A stretch of DNA of 54,289 nt from Candidatus Woesearchaeota archaeon (GTDB taxonomy: Archaea > Nanobdellota > Nanobdellia > Woesearchaeales > JAHWIC01). Each line of letters starts with the position of its first letter. Position 1 is the stretch's first letter. This document shows positions 1 to 15,000 of the stretch, piece after piece. The notes under the pieces are model-generated. The model saw nothing but the letters and a program-made list of their open reading frames with translations. It did no database searches and had not been told where the DNA came from. The stretch spans positions 1 to 54,289 of the forward strand of contig JAHWIK010000001.1 of the NCBI GenBank assembly GCA_019322485.1, in the 5' to 3' direction. The translations under genes and the position numbers were made by a program.

Positions 1-3000
1 AACTGAGTTGGGTCAAAGTTCTCGCTAAACTGCCATATGCTTGTATTGCTTGAGAAATCCTCTTCATCATAAGCAGCACAGACCCAGTAATAAGTTGTTC
101 CATCTGTTGTTGTCCATGTATAGCTGTCATTGCCTAAGTAAGTCATACTGCTTGGGCTTGTTCCACCCCATAGGTAATATGCCAGTGCATCACCATCAAC
201 ATCTGTAGAGCCTGAGCATGACACATTAACTGAGTTTATTGTATAGAATGAATCATTTGCAGGGCTTCTAACACTTGGAGTTGTTGGCGGTGAATTTGTT
301 AGTGTGGTTTCACTTGAATTATATGTTTCTCCATCAGTATAGCCGTCATTTGGCGTTACTGAACACTTCCAGGACTCATGTGTAATTGTTTCATTAGAAC
401 TTAAAGAGCTTAAACCGTTTTGGTAGAGTTTTTTGACTTCATTTGAGTTTAAGGAGCGGTTGAAGATAAGGACTTCGTCTATGGTGCCGTTGAAATAAGC
501 ATTTACTTCAGAGTCCTCTGGGTCATATCCTCCATAGCCTACATAAAGGTTCTCACCACCAGGACTGAATGTTCCAGATACATCTGAATCAGTAGCTACA
601 AGATTTCCATCTGTGTACATCCTTGCTACAGAACCGTCATAAGTGACAGTCACAAAATACCAATTACCAGCTGTCAACCTATTACTATCAGACAAAGATA
701 TTAATTGAACTCCGTAATCTGTATAATAGAAATATAAATCATTTCCATCATCGGTGTTTAGTGAATATGACTGTTCTTGGGCACGTTTAGCTAGAATACT
801 TCCTACATTGCTTGTTGATGCTGGATTTATCCAAGTAGCCATTGTAAAGCTTTCACTTGTTGTCCATGAGAAGTCAGCAGTCTCAATCCTATCATCAACA
901 CCATCAAACTCATAAGCACCAAATCCATCATGACCGCCAGTTTCATCATAAGTTGCACCTTGTACAGAACCCCAGTTCTCATAACCAGAGTAATCCTTTG
1001 CTTCTTCTTCTGAATCAAGGCCTTCTTCGTAGAGTGCTTGGATTTCTGTGGCTGAAAGGCTTCTGTTCCAGATGATTACTTCGTCTATTGTTGCATTAGC
1101 TTGGAGTTCAGGAGGAACTTGCGGATAGCCAGCATCTTGCGTTTTTGCCCCAATAATCAGATCTTCTGTTGAACTATATAGCCCAGTACCATCATATGTA
1201 TCTGTTGTACTTGCTACCTCCCCATTAACATAAAGCTTTATCTCACCATTGCCTGCAACGCCAACAAGGTGATACCATTTATCTTTTTCAGCGAATCCAG
1301 TTCCTGTTTGTGAACTCTGAAAAGTAGAACTATCCCTAAATGAAAATACTATATTGTTTGTGGATATCACAGAGATATGCCATCCAGTAGTACCAGTCTC
1401 AGTATTAGCTATAAATGACTGGGTTTTGTCAACTTCATTCATTTTAACCCATAAAGAAACAGTTAAGGTATCTAATTCAAAAATATCTTCTCCAATATGG
1501 ATGCTGCCGTTTTCAAACTCATAACCCTGCCCAACCTTGCCATCTGTTAGATAAGGGGGAGGGCCACCATAAACAGTCCCATCATTACCATAAACAGTTC
1601 TATCATCTGCATTGCCTTCCATGTACCAAGCACCAACCATATCAGAGTTGTTTATGTCTGTATGTTTTGAGTTAAGGCTTTCAAACGGCATGTTAAGGAC
1701 TGTTATTGATTTATCATCTACATACCAGTTAATAATCGTTTTAACTGAGTCATCATCGTTGTCATCAGAGTTATTTATAGAACATCCTAAGTCATTTGAT
1801 GTGTAAACTTCATAAGCGCCTCTTGAGGAGTTGTATAAGTCGGCTATTTCTGTTGCTGATAAGCTTCTGTTCCAGATGACTACTTCGTCTATTGTGCCGT
1901 TAAAATCATATGTTCCGCCATTTGTGGCTCCAATATACATGTTGGCATTTGCTGGGTCAAAATCCCCGGTTTCATCAACATAGACATTACTTGACTCAAC
2001 TCCATTCACATAAATTTTTCCACTATCTCCTCCATAAGTTCCAACAACGTGATACCATCCTTTGCTTGGAATTACATTATCATCAGAATAGAGCAACTCA
2101 TATCCTCCACCGTCTGTGGTGCCTATACTAAACTGTATTCCATTAATAGGTGCTGGTCCAATATTCCTATCATCAACACCAATATAGAATCCATCATAAG
2201 GTTGCGGGTCTCCAGTAGAAGTGTCAATAAATAACTGCGTATCACCATCAAAATTACCTGGGTCTGCGTAAATCCAAGCTGAAACACTCATCTCAATAGC
2301 GCCTGCTCCATATAAAGGACTTGTTCCAACATTAATCCAGTCATCACCTCCATCAAACTCATAAGCCTGGCCGACTCTTCCAGCATAAGTCTTTGTTGCG
2401 CTTGAAACAGTTCCATTATTAACACCAGTTTCATCATAAGTCCATGAAGAATTACCCCATTCAAAGCGCCATTCTCCAACTAAACCATCAGTTATATCAT
2501 TATGAGCGCCGATATAAGGTATTGAATGAGTTGGCTCTTGGTTTAGCACTAAATCATTTGAGAATAATGTTGTACCACCTATAATGCCGTCGTTTGGTGT
2601 TAAAGCGCAAGACCAGCGCTCATGCTTGTTTGTTTCGTTATGAGATAAAGAGCTTAATCCAAAGCGGTAAAGGTTTCTGATTTCATTTGTGTTTAAGGTT
2701 CTGTTGAAGATAAGGACTTCGTCTATTGAACCATTGAAATAACCTGTAAAGTCATACCCTCTTCCGATTCTTGATGGGGTGCTTGTTGTGTTTACTACCT
2801 GATTATTAATGCTAGATTCAGCTAATGATACCCCATCTACATAACAATTGATGTTTGTAGTGTTTGGTCCATCTTGTGAAAAGACATAATGATGCCACTT
2901 ACTATCATTATAAGAGAAACTGAACTTCCTATTGCCACCATCAATACCAATAAAAATAGTAGTTCCAGACTCAAATATTACGTCATAATCCGATCTGTTT

Positions 3001-6000
3001 CCGCTTGGACCAGCACCCCAGCCAAGAGGCCTTTGGTTATTACCACTCGAGGTTTTAGCCCAAAGACTAATTGTCCTATCTTGGCTTCCAGTTATAGTGA
3101 TATTCTCGCTTGTTTCAATATAATCATCAATTCCATCAAACTCATAAGCACCTTTTCCATCATGGCCAGCACTTCCGTTGAATACAGCGCCAGTAACAGT
3201 TCCATCATTGCTATAGCCGGAATAATCCTCTGTCCAGTTATCATTGTCATGTGTTGAGTTGCCTCTCCATGCCTCAAACGGCATATTAAGAACTGTTATT
3301 GAGGTATCATCTTTGTACCAGTTGTATACTGCCTTTATTGGGTCGCCGTCTCCATCATAGAGGTCATTTCCGCCGCAGCCAATGTCCTGTTCGTCATAGG
3401 CATAGTCGCCTCTGCTTGAGTCATATAAATCAGAGATTTCTGAGGCAGATAAGGAACGGTTCCAAACAATCAACTCATCTATTGTGCCATTGAAGTAATG
3501 GCTGCCCGATGAACCTATACGTGGCAATGCTCCAATTGACACTCCAAGTGTGTTTGTTATTGCATTGCCTCCTGTTGTTAGATTTACACCGTTTATGAAT
3601 ATAGCTCCTTGTTGGCCTGATTCCCATGTAAATGCAATGTGTGTCCATTCACCTGAAACCACATTACTAGCAGGGGCTTCTGCTGATAACTGATAGGCCA
3701 TACTGTCTTCTATCCACCCACTCACATAGGAGCTGTTAATCATGAGCTTTGCACGTACGCCTTCATCAAATATTACATCAGCGGTACCGGATAGTGCATT
3801 ATGGTTGACCCAAGCAGCAATTGTTATGGAAGTTCTGCCAGGATAGTCTGGATCCTGGTTAGTGCTCATATAGTCATCAACACCATCAAACTCATATGCC
3901 TTGCCTACACGACCTCCATCAGTATGGGTTGCACCATAAACTGTGTAGTTTTCTACATCACCATCTGGCTCTATATAATCAGCATATACCCAGGTTGAGT
4001 TGCCCCATTCAAATCTGAACTCATATAATCTGTCAGACTCATACTTATTATGCCCGCCGATGTAGGGGTTGTAATGTGTTGGTGTGGAGCTGATGTTTAT
4101 TGTGTCAGTTTTTGTCTTGTTTATATACCCTGATTTGGAGCAGGTAACATTCCAGCTGTATGTTCCGCCTGAAGAGAAGCTGCGCGTATATTCGTATGTT
4201 CCGCTGCTGTAGCTCATCGAGTTTCCAGTTGAGTCAGCAAAGTTTGCTATGCAGTTTGCTCCTGATATTGAATCGTTTGCAGCGTCTGTGAAGTTGGCAT
4301 AGAACTTGACATCATCCCCAGTGAACACAACATTTGAGCCAGCTTCTGCATCAGTATCATCCCAGATAGACAGGACTTCGCTGGTTAAAGGCAGCCAATC
4401 CCCAATTAATAAGTTTCCGCTGGCGTTATATGGAAGCAGGGTATCACCTACAAAATCACCATCTGTATCACTTCCAAGGTAATCAGACCACCAGTTTCCT
4501 CCTATGCATGAGCCGCCAACTATATTGGGTCCTATTGAGCAGTTGTAGGTTGCGTTCCAGGTATTGTTTGCATTTTCCCAGGCATTGATTCCATTGGTGT
4601 CGAATTTGTTATTATAGACTGTGCTGTCCTCTGAGCCGACAAACCGGATTCCATAATCATCATTGTTTTCAAATGTATTGTTTGTAAAGATATTGTACTC
4701 GCAGCCAGCCCAGACGTAGATTCCTGTGTTGCCATTGTAGCTTATTATATTGTCGTTAATAGTGTTGTTTACAGATGAGGATGAGAAGTACATTCCATAA
4801 TTCGTGTTGTTGTTAAATGAATTTGATGTGAAGTTGCTTTTTATGCTTTGGAAGACATGAGCCCCACGTTCAGTGCTATTGCTTACATTATTGGAGATGA
4901 TGTTGTTATACCCTCCATATTGAATGTAGATTCCGTAGCTGTTGTTGCTTATGGTGTTATATCTAAAGGTACTGTTGAAGACGGCGTTAAAGTCGATTCC
5001 ATGGCTTTTGCCTTCTACATAATTAGAGGTAACTGTATTATCCTTGCTGCCAAAGAGGGAGATTCCATGATTGAGGCTATTGCCTGTTATATTGTTGCCG
5101 TGAATTGTAAAGCCATTGCAGTTGCTGGCTGAATTTATTCCATTTCTGTCGCTTATTAATGTATTTGATGAAATGTTGGCGTATGAACCAGAGGTGATGG
5201 TAATTCCATTCAGGCCATTATAGCTTATATCGTTGAAAATGATGGTATTATTGTCTGAAGTGGAATAGAGGTAAATTCCATCGTACTGGCTGTTAATGGT
5301 ATTCTCTTTGATAAGGTTCAAGTCACCATAGCCGTTGATTCCACGGCCATTGGCAGCGTTTTCGCTTATATTGTTATTAGTGATATTGTTGCGGTTTGAA
5401 TTACTTAAAGTGATACCCTCATCTAGGTTTTTGGTTATCTCGTTGTAGGAAACACTGTTGTTTTGAGTTCCTTGCGACAGCCCAAGTCCAATGCTGCTGA
5501 ACTGTATTGTATTATTGGCAATAATGGTGCGCCCACCGCCGTAGAGTTGCACTCCATAATCTGTGTTGTATATAAATGTGTTATTTGTGATGATGTTGTC
5601 ATAACCACCCAGGTAGAATCCTTCCTCTGTGTTAAAGCTGACATTATTTAGGTGGAAAATGTTGCCCCAGCTGTAAGTGTAGATTCCCTCCCTGTTGTAG
5701 ATTAGGGTATTGCCAGTGTAGTTAGTATAGTGCGCGCTAGTGCCTGTGCCAATTCCATAATTAGTGTTGTTTCTTGCAGTGTTATTGGCAACGACATTTG
5801 ATGGACTGGAAGAGATGTAGATTCCAGTGCCGCCGTAACTTGCTGAATTATTTATGATATGATTGCCAGGTGTATTGCTAGAGAGGTAGATTCCCGTCTG
5901 GCTGTTATTGTTTGCAGTGTTAGAGGTAATGGTGTTGTTTGAGGCAGTATCTAGATAGATTCCATACTGGTTGTTGTTTGCATTATTGGAGGTAAGAGTG

Positions 6001-9000
6001 TTGTAGTGTGCATTGTTGGAGAAGTACATTCCACGTCCAGTGGGAGAGTTGTTTGCTGTATTTGAGGTAAAGGTGTTGTACTTTGCCTCACGAATCCAGA
6101 ATCCACGCAGGCTGCTGCCTTTAACTACATTAGAAGTAACTGTGTTGTTGTGGGCCTGGTAGAGGTAGATTCCATACTGGTTGTCATTTACTGTGTTATT
6201 GGTGATGGTATTGTTCTGGGTTGTGCTTCCGTAAATATAGATTCCATACTGGTTGTCATTTACTGTGTTCCCTGAAACTAGATTATACCTTGCGTTGGTG
6301 CTACTAATGCGGATTCCGTAGTTGGTGTTGTCAATAACTGTATTATTGGTGATATTGCTGTATCTGATGGGATTTCCATAAATTCCATAATAGTTGTAAT
6401 TTATTGTGTTATTTGAAATGAGGTTACTGTCTGCGCTTGTCGCGAAGTAGAACCCATACCAGGTGTTGTTGTTTACTGTGTTATGGGTAAAGGTGTTGTT
6501 TGAGCTTGAAACGATGTAGAATCCACGCTCGTTGCCGTTTACTGTGTTATTTGTGATAGTGTTATAGTTACAGTTAGATTGCAGGTAGATTCCATAATCA
6601 GCGTTGTCATTTGCTGCATTTGAAGTGAAGTTATTATTTTTGGCGTTGGTGGTGAGATAGAATCCATTTTGGGTGTTATTCCTTGCTGTGTTGTTTGTAA
6701 GGACATTGTTTGAGCTGGAGGAGAAATAGAATCCCTGCTGAGTGTTGTTGTTTGCATTATTAGAAGTAAAGGTATTATAGTTCGAATTGGAATAGATGCT
6801 AAATCCATCCCGGTTGTTCTTGTTCGCATTATTGAAAGTAACAGTGTTGTTATGGCTGCTGGATAATAGGATTCCAGCATATCCGCTGTTACTTGCATTA
6901 TTGAGGGTAATGGTGTTGTTATTAGACTCGGCGCCGGCGTAGATTCCATAATAGTTTCCATTTGCTGTATTGGAGGCAAGGTAATTGTATTTTGAAACTT
7001 GGCTGAGGAGGATTCCATAGTTGGTATTGTTGTTTGCATTATTAGATGTAAGGATGTTATTTGAACCTAGGTAGACATAGATTCCACGCTTGTTGTCGTT
7101 TGCTGTGTTGGAAGTAAGAGTGTTGTTGTCTGCCTGGAAATAGATATAGATTCCATAATCAGTGTTGTTGTTTGCTGTGTTGGAAGTAAGGGTGGTGTTT
7201 GAGCTGCTCCAGACGTAGATTCCATACCTGCTGTTGTTATTTGCTGTATTATTTGTGAGAATATTATGATTCGAGCCTTGCCGGACAAGGATTCCATCTT
7301 GGGTGTTAAAAGTTACTGTGTTGGAAGTAAGGTTGTTGTTGTTTGAGCTTAAGAGGTAGATTCCGGTTTCAACGTTGTCGTATGCTGTATTATTAATCAA
7401 TAAGCCGTCATTTGCACCGCCACGCCAGTAGATACCCTGGGTGAAGTTATTTACATTGCAATTCTTAACAGTAACATTATCCTTACCATTATTATCAATT
7501 CCATAGCTTGTGCTTGACTGGTCCCCTGTTATGTTGTGCCCAGCGCAATCCAAAGTTATATCATCAGCACCGATTGTTATACAGGTGCCGGAGCCTGTCT
7601 GGCTTAAATTCTTGCCAAGTGTTGTATCTCCTGTTATTGTGGCACCGCAATCACCAACTTCTATTTGAGCATCGTCGCTTGAGGTTTGTGCTTCATAATC
7701 ATCATGGCTGCAGGTTACATTCCATTCCTGAGTGCCTGGGTCTGAGAAGGTTCTTTCATAGGCATAGGTTTGGTAGAGGTTTTTGTTGAGTTTTTCAACC
7801 TGCCAGTCATAGTATGTGTCGCTTCCACTAAGATTTGTTCCAAAACCAACAACTATTGGATTATCATCAGAATCAACAGCAACTGCATAGGCATACTCCT
7901 GTGTTCCAGTATCACCAGGGCTTGTCCAGTTATACTCCCAAACCAGGCTTCCGCTGGAATTCAGCTTCTGGACATACCAGTCATCGCTGTCGTCTCCTGT
8001 AAGATTTAACCCATAACCAGCAACAATTATATCACCAGAAGAATCAACATCTACTCCCTGAGGTACGTCTGTTGATGGCCCTGTCCAGTTATACTCCCAA
8101 ACCTGGCTTCCGCTGGAATTCAGCTTCTTAACATGCAAGTCAGAGGTGCTGTCTCCTGTAAGATTCGTTCCATAACCAGCAACAATTATATTATCATCAG
8201 AATCAACAGCTACTGAATAGGCATAGTCTGCTCCCCATGCAAGAGGTCCAAATACAGGCCCTGTCCAGTTAAACTCCCACAATTTACTTCCGCTGGAATT
8301 CAGCTTCTCAACATGCCAGTCCCTGTAACTGTCTTCTGAAAGATTACCCCCAAAGCCAGCAACAATTATATTATCATCAGAATCAACAGCTACTGAATAG
8401 GCATAGTCTGCTCCCCCGAAAGCGCCTGCTCCTGGCCCTGTCCAGTTATAATCCCACAACAAACTGCCAGAGGAATTCAGCTTCTCAACATGCCAGTCAG
8501 CGCTGTCGTCTCCTGTAAGATTAACCCCAGTACCAGCAACAATTATATTATCATCAGAATCAACAGCTACTGAATAGACATAGTCTGTTCCTGAAGCTCC
8601 TGCAGGCCCTGTCCAGTTATACCCCCATAATTTACTTCCACTGGAATTCAGCTTCTCCACATGCCAGTCAGTGCTGGTAGAGCCCATAAGTTGCCAGCCA
8701 GAACCAGCAGCTATTACATTACCAGAAGAATCAAAAGCAACTCCATAAACATAGTCTACTGATGACGCAGTCCAGTTATACTCCCATAATTTATCTCCAC
8801 TGGAATTCAGCTTCTCCACATGCCAGTCATAACTAGAGCTTCCAATAAGATTATATCCATAACCTCCAATTACCATGTTATCAGAAGAATCAACATCTAT
8901 TGCCCTACATACGCCTACTCCTGCTACTCCTGCAGGCCCTGTCCAGTTATACATCCATATGAATTTGTTCCACTCATCCATGCTATAGGTTCCGTCACTA

Positions 9001-12000
9001 AAGGTTATATTGCAGTCTGCACCGCTTATGAATTCATCTTCCTCTCCAGTATACTGGCTTGTGTAATTTGCGTAGAAAAAGAGATAATCTCCTGTGTACT
9101 TTGTCTGCGAGCCTTCTTTTGGGTCTGTATCATCCCAGAGCGAAAGACCTGAATCCTTGCCAAAGATATCAATCCCGCTTGAGTTTAATGTGGTTCCTTC
9201 TGTATAGCCGTCATTTGGGGTGATAGAACATTTCCATAACTCATTAGTTACTGTTTCTTCGTAGGAGATTGAACTTAAACCGCTTTGGTAGAGTTTTTCT
9301 ATCTGAGCCGCAGATAGGCTTCTGTTGAAGATAAGGACTTCGTCTATTGTTCCGTTGAAATAACCACTAGTATCATAATCTCTGCCAATCAATACATCCA
9401 AATCGGTTATGTTAGCATGCGAAGGCAAGGAACCTAATGCAAATGTAGTGGGGGTGTGGTTTTCTCCATTTACCCAGATTTCCATGTGTTCATTTCCTTT
9501 GAATCTTGCTACAGCGTGATACCAAGTATCTTTTTGTAAAGCTTGATTGCTGCAAATCAACCCACCGCTAAAAGGGGTGCCTGATTTGGATATTGTCAGT
9601 TCAAGCCTATCTGTTCCGCAGAATTGAGTATCATCGAATGTGAATTCCCATCCTCTTTTAGCTGCTCCAGCATAGTATTTCTGTACTATTCCTTGCCTCT
9701 GTCTTGTTGTGCCCCCTACCAAACTTCTTAGATTTATCCAAGCAGATATTGTGAATTCTGTGCTTACATCTAAGCTATCGTCATCACTTATATTGATATA
9801 AGTTGAATTTCCATCAAACTCATAAGCACCAAAGCCGTCATAACCACCAGTTGAGTTCCAGGTTGAACCATTGACAAACCCATCATTACCATAGCCAGAA
9901 TAATCGATTGCAAAGTCATCTGCATCATGCGTTGCATTGCCCCAGCCCTCAAACGGCATGTTAAGTATTGTTAGCGACTTATCATCAACATACCAGTCGA
10001 TTATTGGCTTGACTGAATCTTCATCTGCATCAGCAGAATTATTTAATGAACAGCCAATGTCATTATCTAGGTAAGCATAGTCTCCTTTGCTTGATTCGTA
10101 TAGTTTTTCAATTTCTGTTGCTGATAAGGAACGGTTCCAGATTATGACTTCATCAATTGTGCCGTTCCAGAAATATGTTTCAGGCGTACCATCTAGGTCA
10201 GCATCATATGCTCCTATCCCTAAGACAATACTTGTTGTAGGAATTCCAGAAGTTTTTGCCTCACCATAAGTATTTGTTCCATTTACGTATATTCTACCAT
10301 AGCCACTAGAATCAAATGTGTATGCAACATGATACCACTTATCATTTTGAGTTATTGAGCCAGTTGACTCAATTACATCTTTATGCCAGACAATTCCCTT
10401 TATTTGTCCAGTAGAAAGAACATCGATTCCATAAGCTCCTGCCTTTGTTGCGATTATTTGCTCCCCAGAAGAATAGTTCTTGGGTTTAATCCAAGCAGCG
10501 ATAGTTAATTCATCGCTTATATCTAAGGGATTGCTATCGGCAATCTTAATATAATCATCAACACCATCAAACTCATAAGCCTGTCCAACACGGCCTTCAT
10601 ATGTGTGGTTGGCGCCACTTACAGTTCCATTATTAACCTCAGTCTCATCGTAAGTCCAAGTAGAATTCCCATATTCAAAGCGCCATTCGCCAACTAAGCC
10701 TGAATCAATCCTGTTGTGCGCTCCAATGTAAGGTGTGGAATGTGTTGGGTCTGTGTTTAGTGTGATGTTATCGCTTGCAGTTTGGCTTTCATAGCTGTCA
10801 TGCTCGCAGCTAACATTCCAGTAATGGGTGCCTGACTCTGAGAAGGTTCTTTCATGTTTGTAAAGTTGCTGGAGTTTGAGGATATACGTATCGCTTGACA
10901 TAGTACCAACTATGACCTTTTCTTTGGAATCTAATGCAACTGAATAACCAAAATAACTTTCTTCAGTTGGGCCAGTCCAATTATACTCTCCTAACTTATT
11001 GCCATCAGAATCAAGCTTCTCCACATGCAGGTCATAATAAATCCTACCTGTAATATCTTGGCCCTCTCCTGAAATAATAATATTATCATTAGAATCAATT
11101 GCAACTGAACGGGCTGAATCATGATCTTGAGTTATGTCACTCCAATTATACCCCCATAACTTATTGCCATCAGAATCAAGTTTTTCTACATGCCAATAAT
11201 ATATGTTACCTGTAGTTCTTCCTCTTCCTACAACAACAATATCATCATTAGAATCCACTGCGACACCATAGGCAATGTCAACGGCAGAACCTGGACTGCT
11301 CCAATTATACCCCCATACCTTACCGCCGCTAGAATTCAACTTCTCCACATGCCAATCAGAAAAACTCTTCTGTCCTGCAACAATAATATCATCATTGGAA
11401 TCAACTGCAACTGAACGAGCATCATCAGTTACACTGCCAGAGCTAGTCCAGTTATACCCCCATAGTTTACTTCCACTAGAATTCAACTTCTCCACATGCC
11501 AGTCATAACCTGAAATAGACATAACCCCTGCAACAATAATATCATCATTGGAATCAACTGCAACTGAATAAGCCACATCAGCAGCTGAGCCACTCCAATT
11601 ATACTCCCAGATTTCGTCACCACTACTATTTAATTTTTTCACATGCCAATCATAGTTTGAACTTCCACTTATGAGGTCATTTCCATATCCTGCAACAATA
11701 ATATCATCATTAGAATCCACTGCAACCCCAACAGCACCTTCTGGGTCTGAATTATTCCATACAAACTCCCACTGCTTTGTACCATTTGAGTAAAGTTTCT
11801 CCACATGCCAATCATAGACAACACCAGCCACATATTGATAATCCCCTGCGAGGATAATCTCATCATTAGAGTCCACTGCAACCGACCTGGCAACATATTC
11901 ATAGATGCTTGGGTCACTTAGATTATAACTCCACAACAAGTGATAACCTTCAGGCATATTATAACTTCCATCACTGAAGTCAATAGTGCAACTTCCGTTG

Positions 12001-15000
12001 CTTATAGGCAGTCCAACCTCACCAGTATATGCATTTGAGTAATTGGCATAGAACATTACATCATCCCCTAATCTTTTGCCTTGTGAACCGCCTTGCGGGT
12101 CATTATCATCCCAGACTGAAAGAGACGAGTCCTTGATGGTATTGGTTTCGCTTGAGTTTAATGCAGTTCCTTCTGTATAGCCGTCAGTTGGGGTGATAGA
12201 ACACTTCCATTCTTCACTATATACTGTTTCGTTGTGAGAGATTGAGCTTAAGCCAGACTGGTAGAGTTTTCTGACTTGGTTTGCGTTTAAGCTTCTATTG
12301 AAGATAAGGACTTCGTCGATTGTTCCGTCGAAATACCTGTTATTAAAATCCAACCCGAACCTAACATCTGCATTAGCACCTATAGTTCCTGATATAGTGC
12401 CTGTTGAGCCAGCAGCATCTAATTCTCCATTAATCCAGGTTTTTGGTGCTTCTCCACTCTTCCAGGTTCCAACGACATGGTACCACGCCCCCGTGCCTAG
12501 TGAGTTACCTGATGAATAGCCATATTTATATGTAGAACCGTTGCCAATATAGAACTCGAGCCTATTATTCGCACCATTACCAGAAAAAAAGACCGCATCA
12601 TTAGTACCACTTCTGGACTCTATTATTGGGTCGGCTATATCAAAATCATCAATATTTATCCATGCTGAAACAGTTGTTTCATCCATGCCATAAAATAAGG
12701 CTTCGCTTATTGTGATATAATCATCACCACCATCAAACTCATAAGCACCCCAGCCATCATAGCCGCCAGTTCTGTTAAAGGTTGCATTTATTACCCTTCC
12801 ACTCTTGTTGTGGGGAGAATAATCCCTTGTCCACCCTATGCCTGCTGAGTTGTTCCATTCAAACGGCATATTCAAGATAGTTAATGATTCACCATCTTTG
12901 TACCAGTTGATTATTGGCTTGACTGAATCACCATCTGCGTCAGCTGAATTATTTAGTGAGCAGCCAATATCACTATCTAGGTAAGCATAATCTCCTTTGC
13001 TTGATTCGTATAGTTTTTCAATTTCTGTTGCTGATAAGGAACGGTTCCAGATGGTTACTTCGTCTATTGTGCCGTTGAAATGATTTGGTATCCCTGCGGA
13101 TGGATAATTTCCGATAGTTACATACCCCGTAGTTGTACCTCCAAATGTAGAGGCATCTTCGAAAAACTCACCATTAACATATAAGCTTGCTTTGGAAGTT
13201 GTGGTATCAAAAACAGCTACAAGGTGAGTCCAATCTGTTGTTATGCTATATGAGGAGTCCCAATAGTTTGCTCCAGTCATCAAAGCAGCTTTCCCATTCT
13301 CTAAAAGTAAGGTCCAATCATAACCTCCGTTATCTGGGCATATAATCCATTGTTTGACAGATGGGCTCTCTGTTTTAACCCACGCACTATAAGTTAATGC
13401 AGATGGTGTAGTGAAAGTAAGGCTAGTTTGTACCCTCTCAGTGCTACTATCAAACCAATAACCCTTACCAACCCTGCCTTCATCAGTATGTGTTGCACCA
13501 GTAACAGTTCCATTATTCCTTCCGGTTTCATCATAAGTCCAGGTAGAATTGCCCCATTCGAAGCGCCATTCGCCAACTAAGCCTGAATCAAGCCGGTTAT
13601 GCGCGCCAATGTAAGGTATTGAATGTGTTGGTGCATTAGTTTCATCATTGTATGCATAACCAACATCACTGCCAAACCTAAACTCTAAAGTAACATGCCC
13701 TTCTTTTAGTTTCAGGCTTGATTCATAGCCAGTTTCATTGCAGGAATAATCTTCAACAAACACAGAACTGTTTCCAGAGCTTCTGTTAATCCAGGTATAA
13801 TTAACTAGAGCATCACCGCACCTAAGCTCAATGAAATTGTAGTTGTAATCTGTTCCATTGTAACCAGCAATATCTGTCCAGGTTGCACCATTAATTGGTG
13901 TTATTGTCAGATTAGCTGTTCCAGTTGTGTTAAACATAACAGTCCAGTTGTCGCCAACCTCAGGATAGCTGATGATATTGAGTATATCTATCTCAGTACC
14001 AAATCCTGAGAAGTGCTCAGCAGTAAAGGTTAATCTGCCATTAACAGGGTCATAGCTTATGTCATGGCATATATCACATTCCTTGCCATTAGCAATAATC
14101 TCCTCCCTTGAGCTGTAGAATCCATCTGCGTAATAGATTTTAGGAATTCCTGAGTACCATACATTCTCTAGGGTTATTGTAACAGAATGATTAAAGCTTT
14201 TATCTAAAGCAGATGAATTTGCAGAAACAAATCCAAAGCCAAGCTTTACATTTGTGTTGTAATCTTCTCTGCTTGTATTCACACCATACTCTTCACCAAA
14301 CTCAATCTTTCCATCACTAGTTGCAAGAGTTAGATTTGTGACATTCTCAAAGTCGCTTATTATCCTAAAGTCAGTGCTTCCTTCAGCTCTGTCAAATTCA
14401 GCAGCAAAAGGAACACCTCTTTCATATGTTTCGCTGTAAGCTACTATGCCAGAGTCCAAACTGAATGCATAATCCTCGCCAGGTGTTATATTCAAGGCTT
14501 CTTCCCAACCACCAGAGCATTCCTGCGAATTAGCATCCCAGCCATCGCATCTGTAAAGTTTATCACCTTTTGCAGTTACATTTACAGCTGCATCTGTAAA
14601 GTTTACCTTGGATGAATCTATTGCATATAGCTCAAACAGCTCTCCTGTTTCATTCAGGTCATCTATGTTAATCAGGTCTGTTGTGTTGGAATAAAGCTCT
14701 ACATCCTTGATGACTATTCCCCTAACAGGATGGTTCTTGAGCCTGATGTTTATATCATAGATTCCTTCTTTTATCTTTATGTAATCCTGCTCAGGCTTTA
14801 AATAAGAGGTATCAAGTATGCTGTCAATAAGCTCTACCACAGCATCCTCAAGCTTTTTGAGCTTTGATGTTTTTACATGCGCAGAGAAGATAATCTCTTT
14901 AGGAATGCCAAACTCGTAAACCTCCAAAGCTTCTTTTTTGCCAATAAGAAGCCAGAATGAGGACTTATCCCAATCAAGAATAGTTAGTCTAACTCGTTCA

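Noticed and set aside
827-9152. Numerous 60-170-aa ORFs on both strands inside 1..16844, for example 2889..3257 (+), 6539..7039 (-), 7508..7789 (+) and 8820..9152 (+).
   Set aside because: All are antisense or out of frame relative to the single long minus-strand ORF. Their T/Q/M- or H/R-rich compositions are typical shadow translations of the repetitive N/T/G codons of the giant gene.
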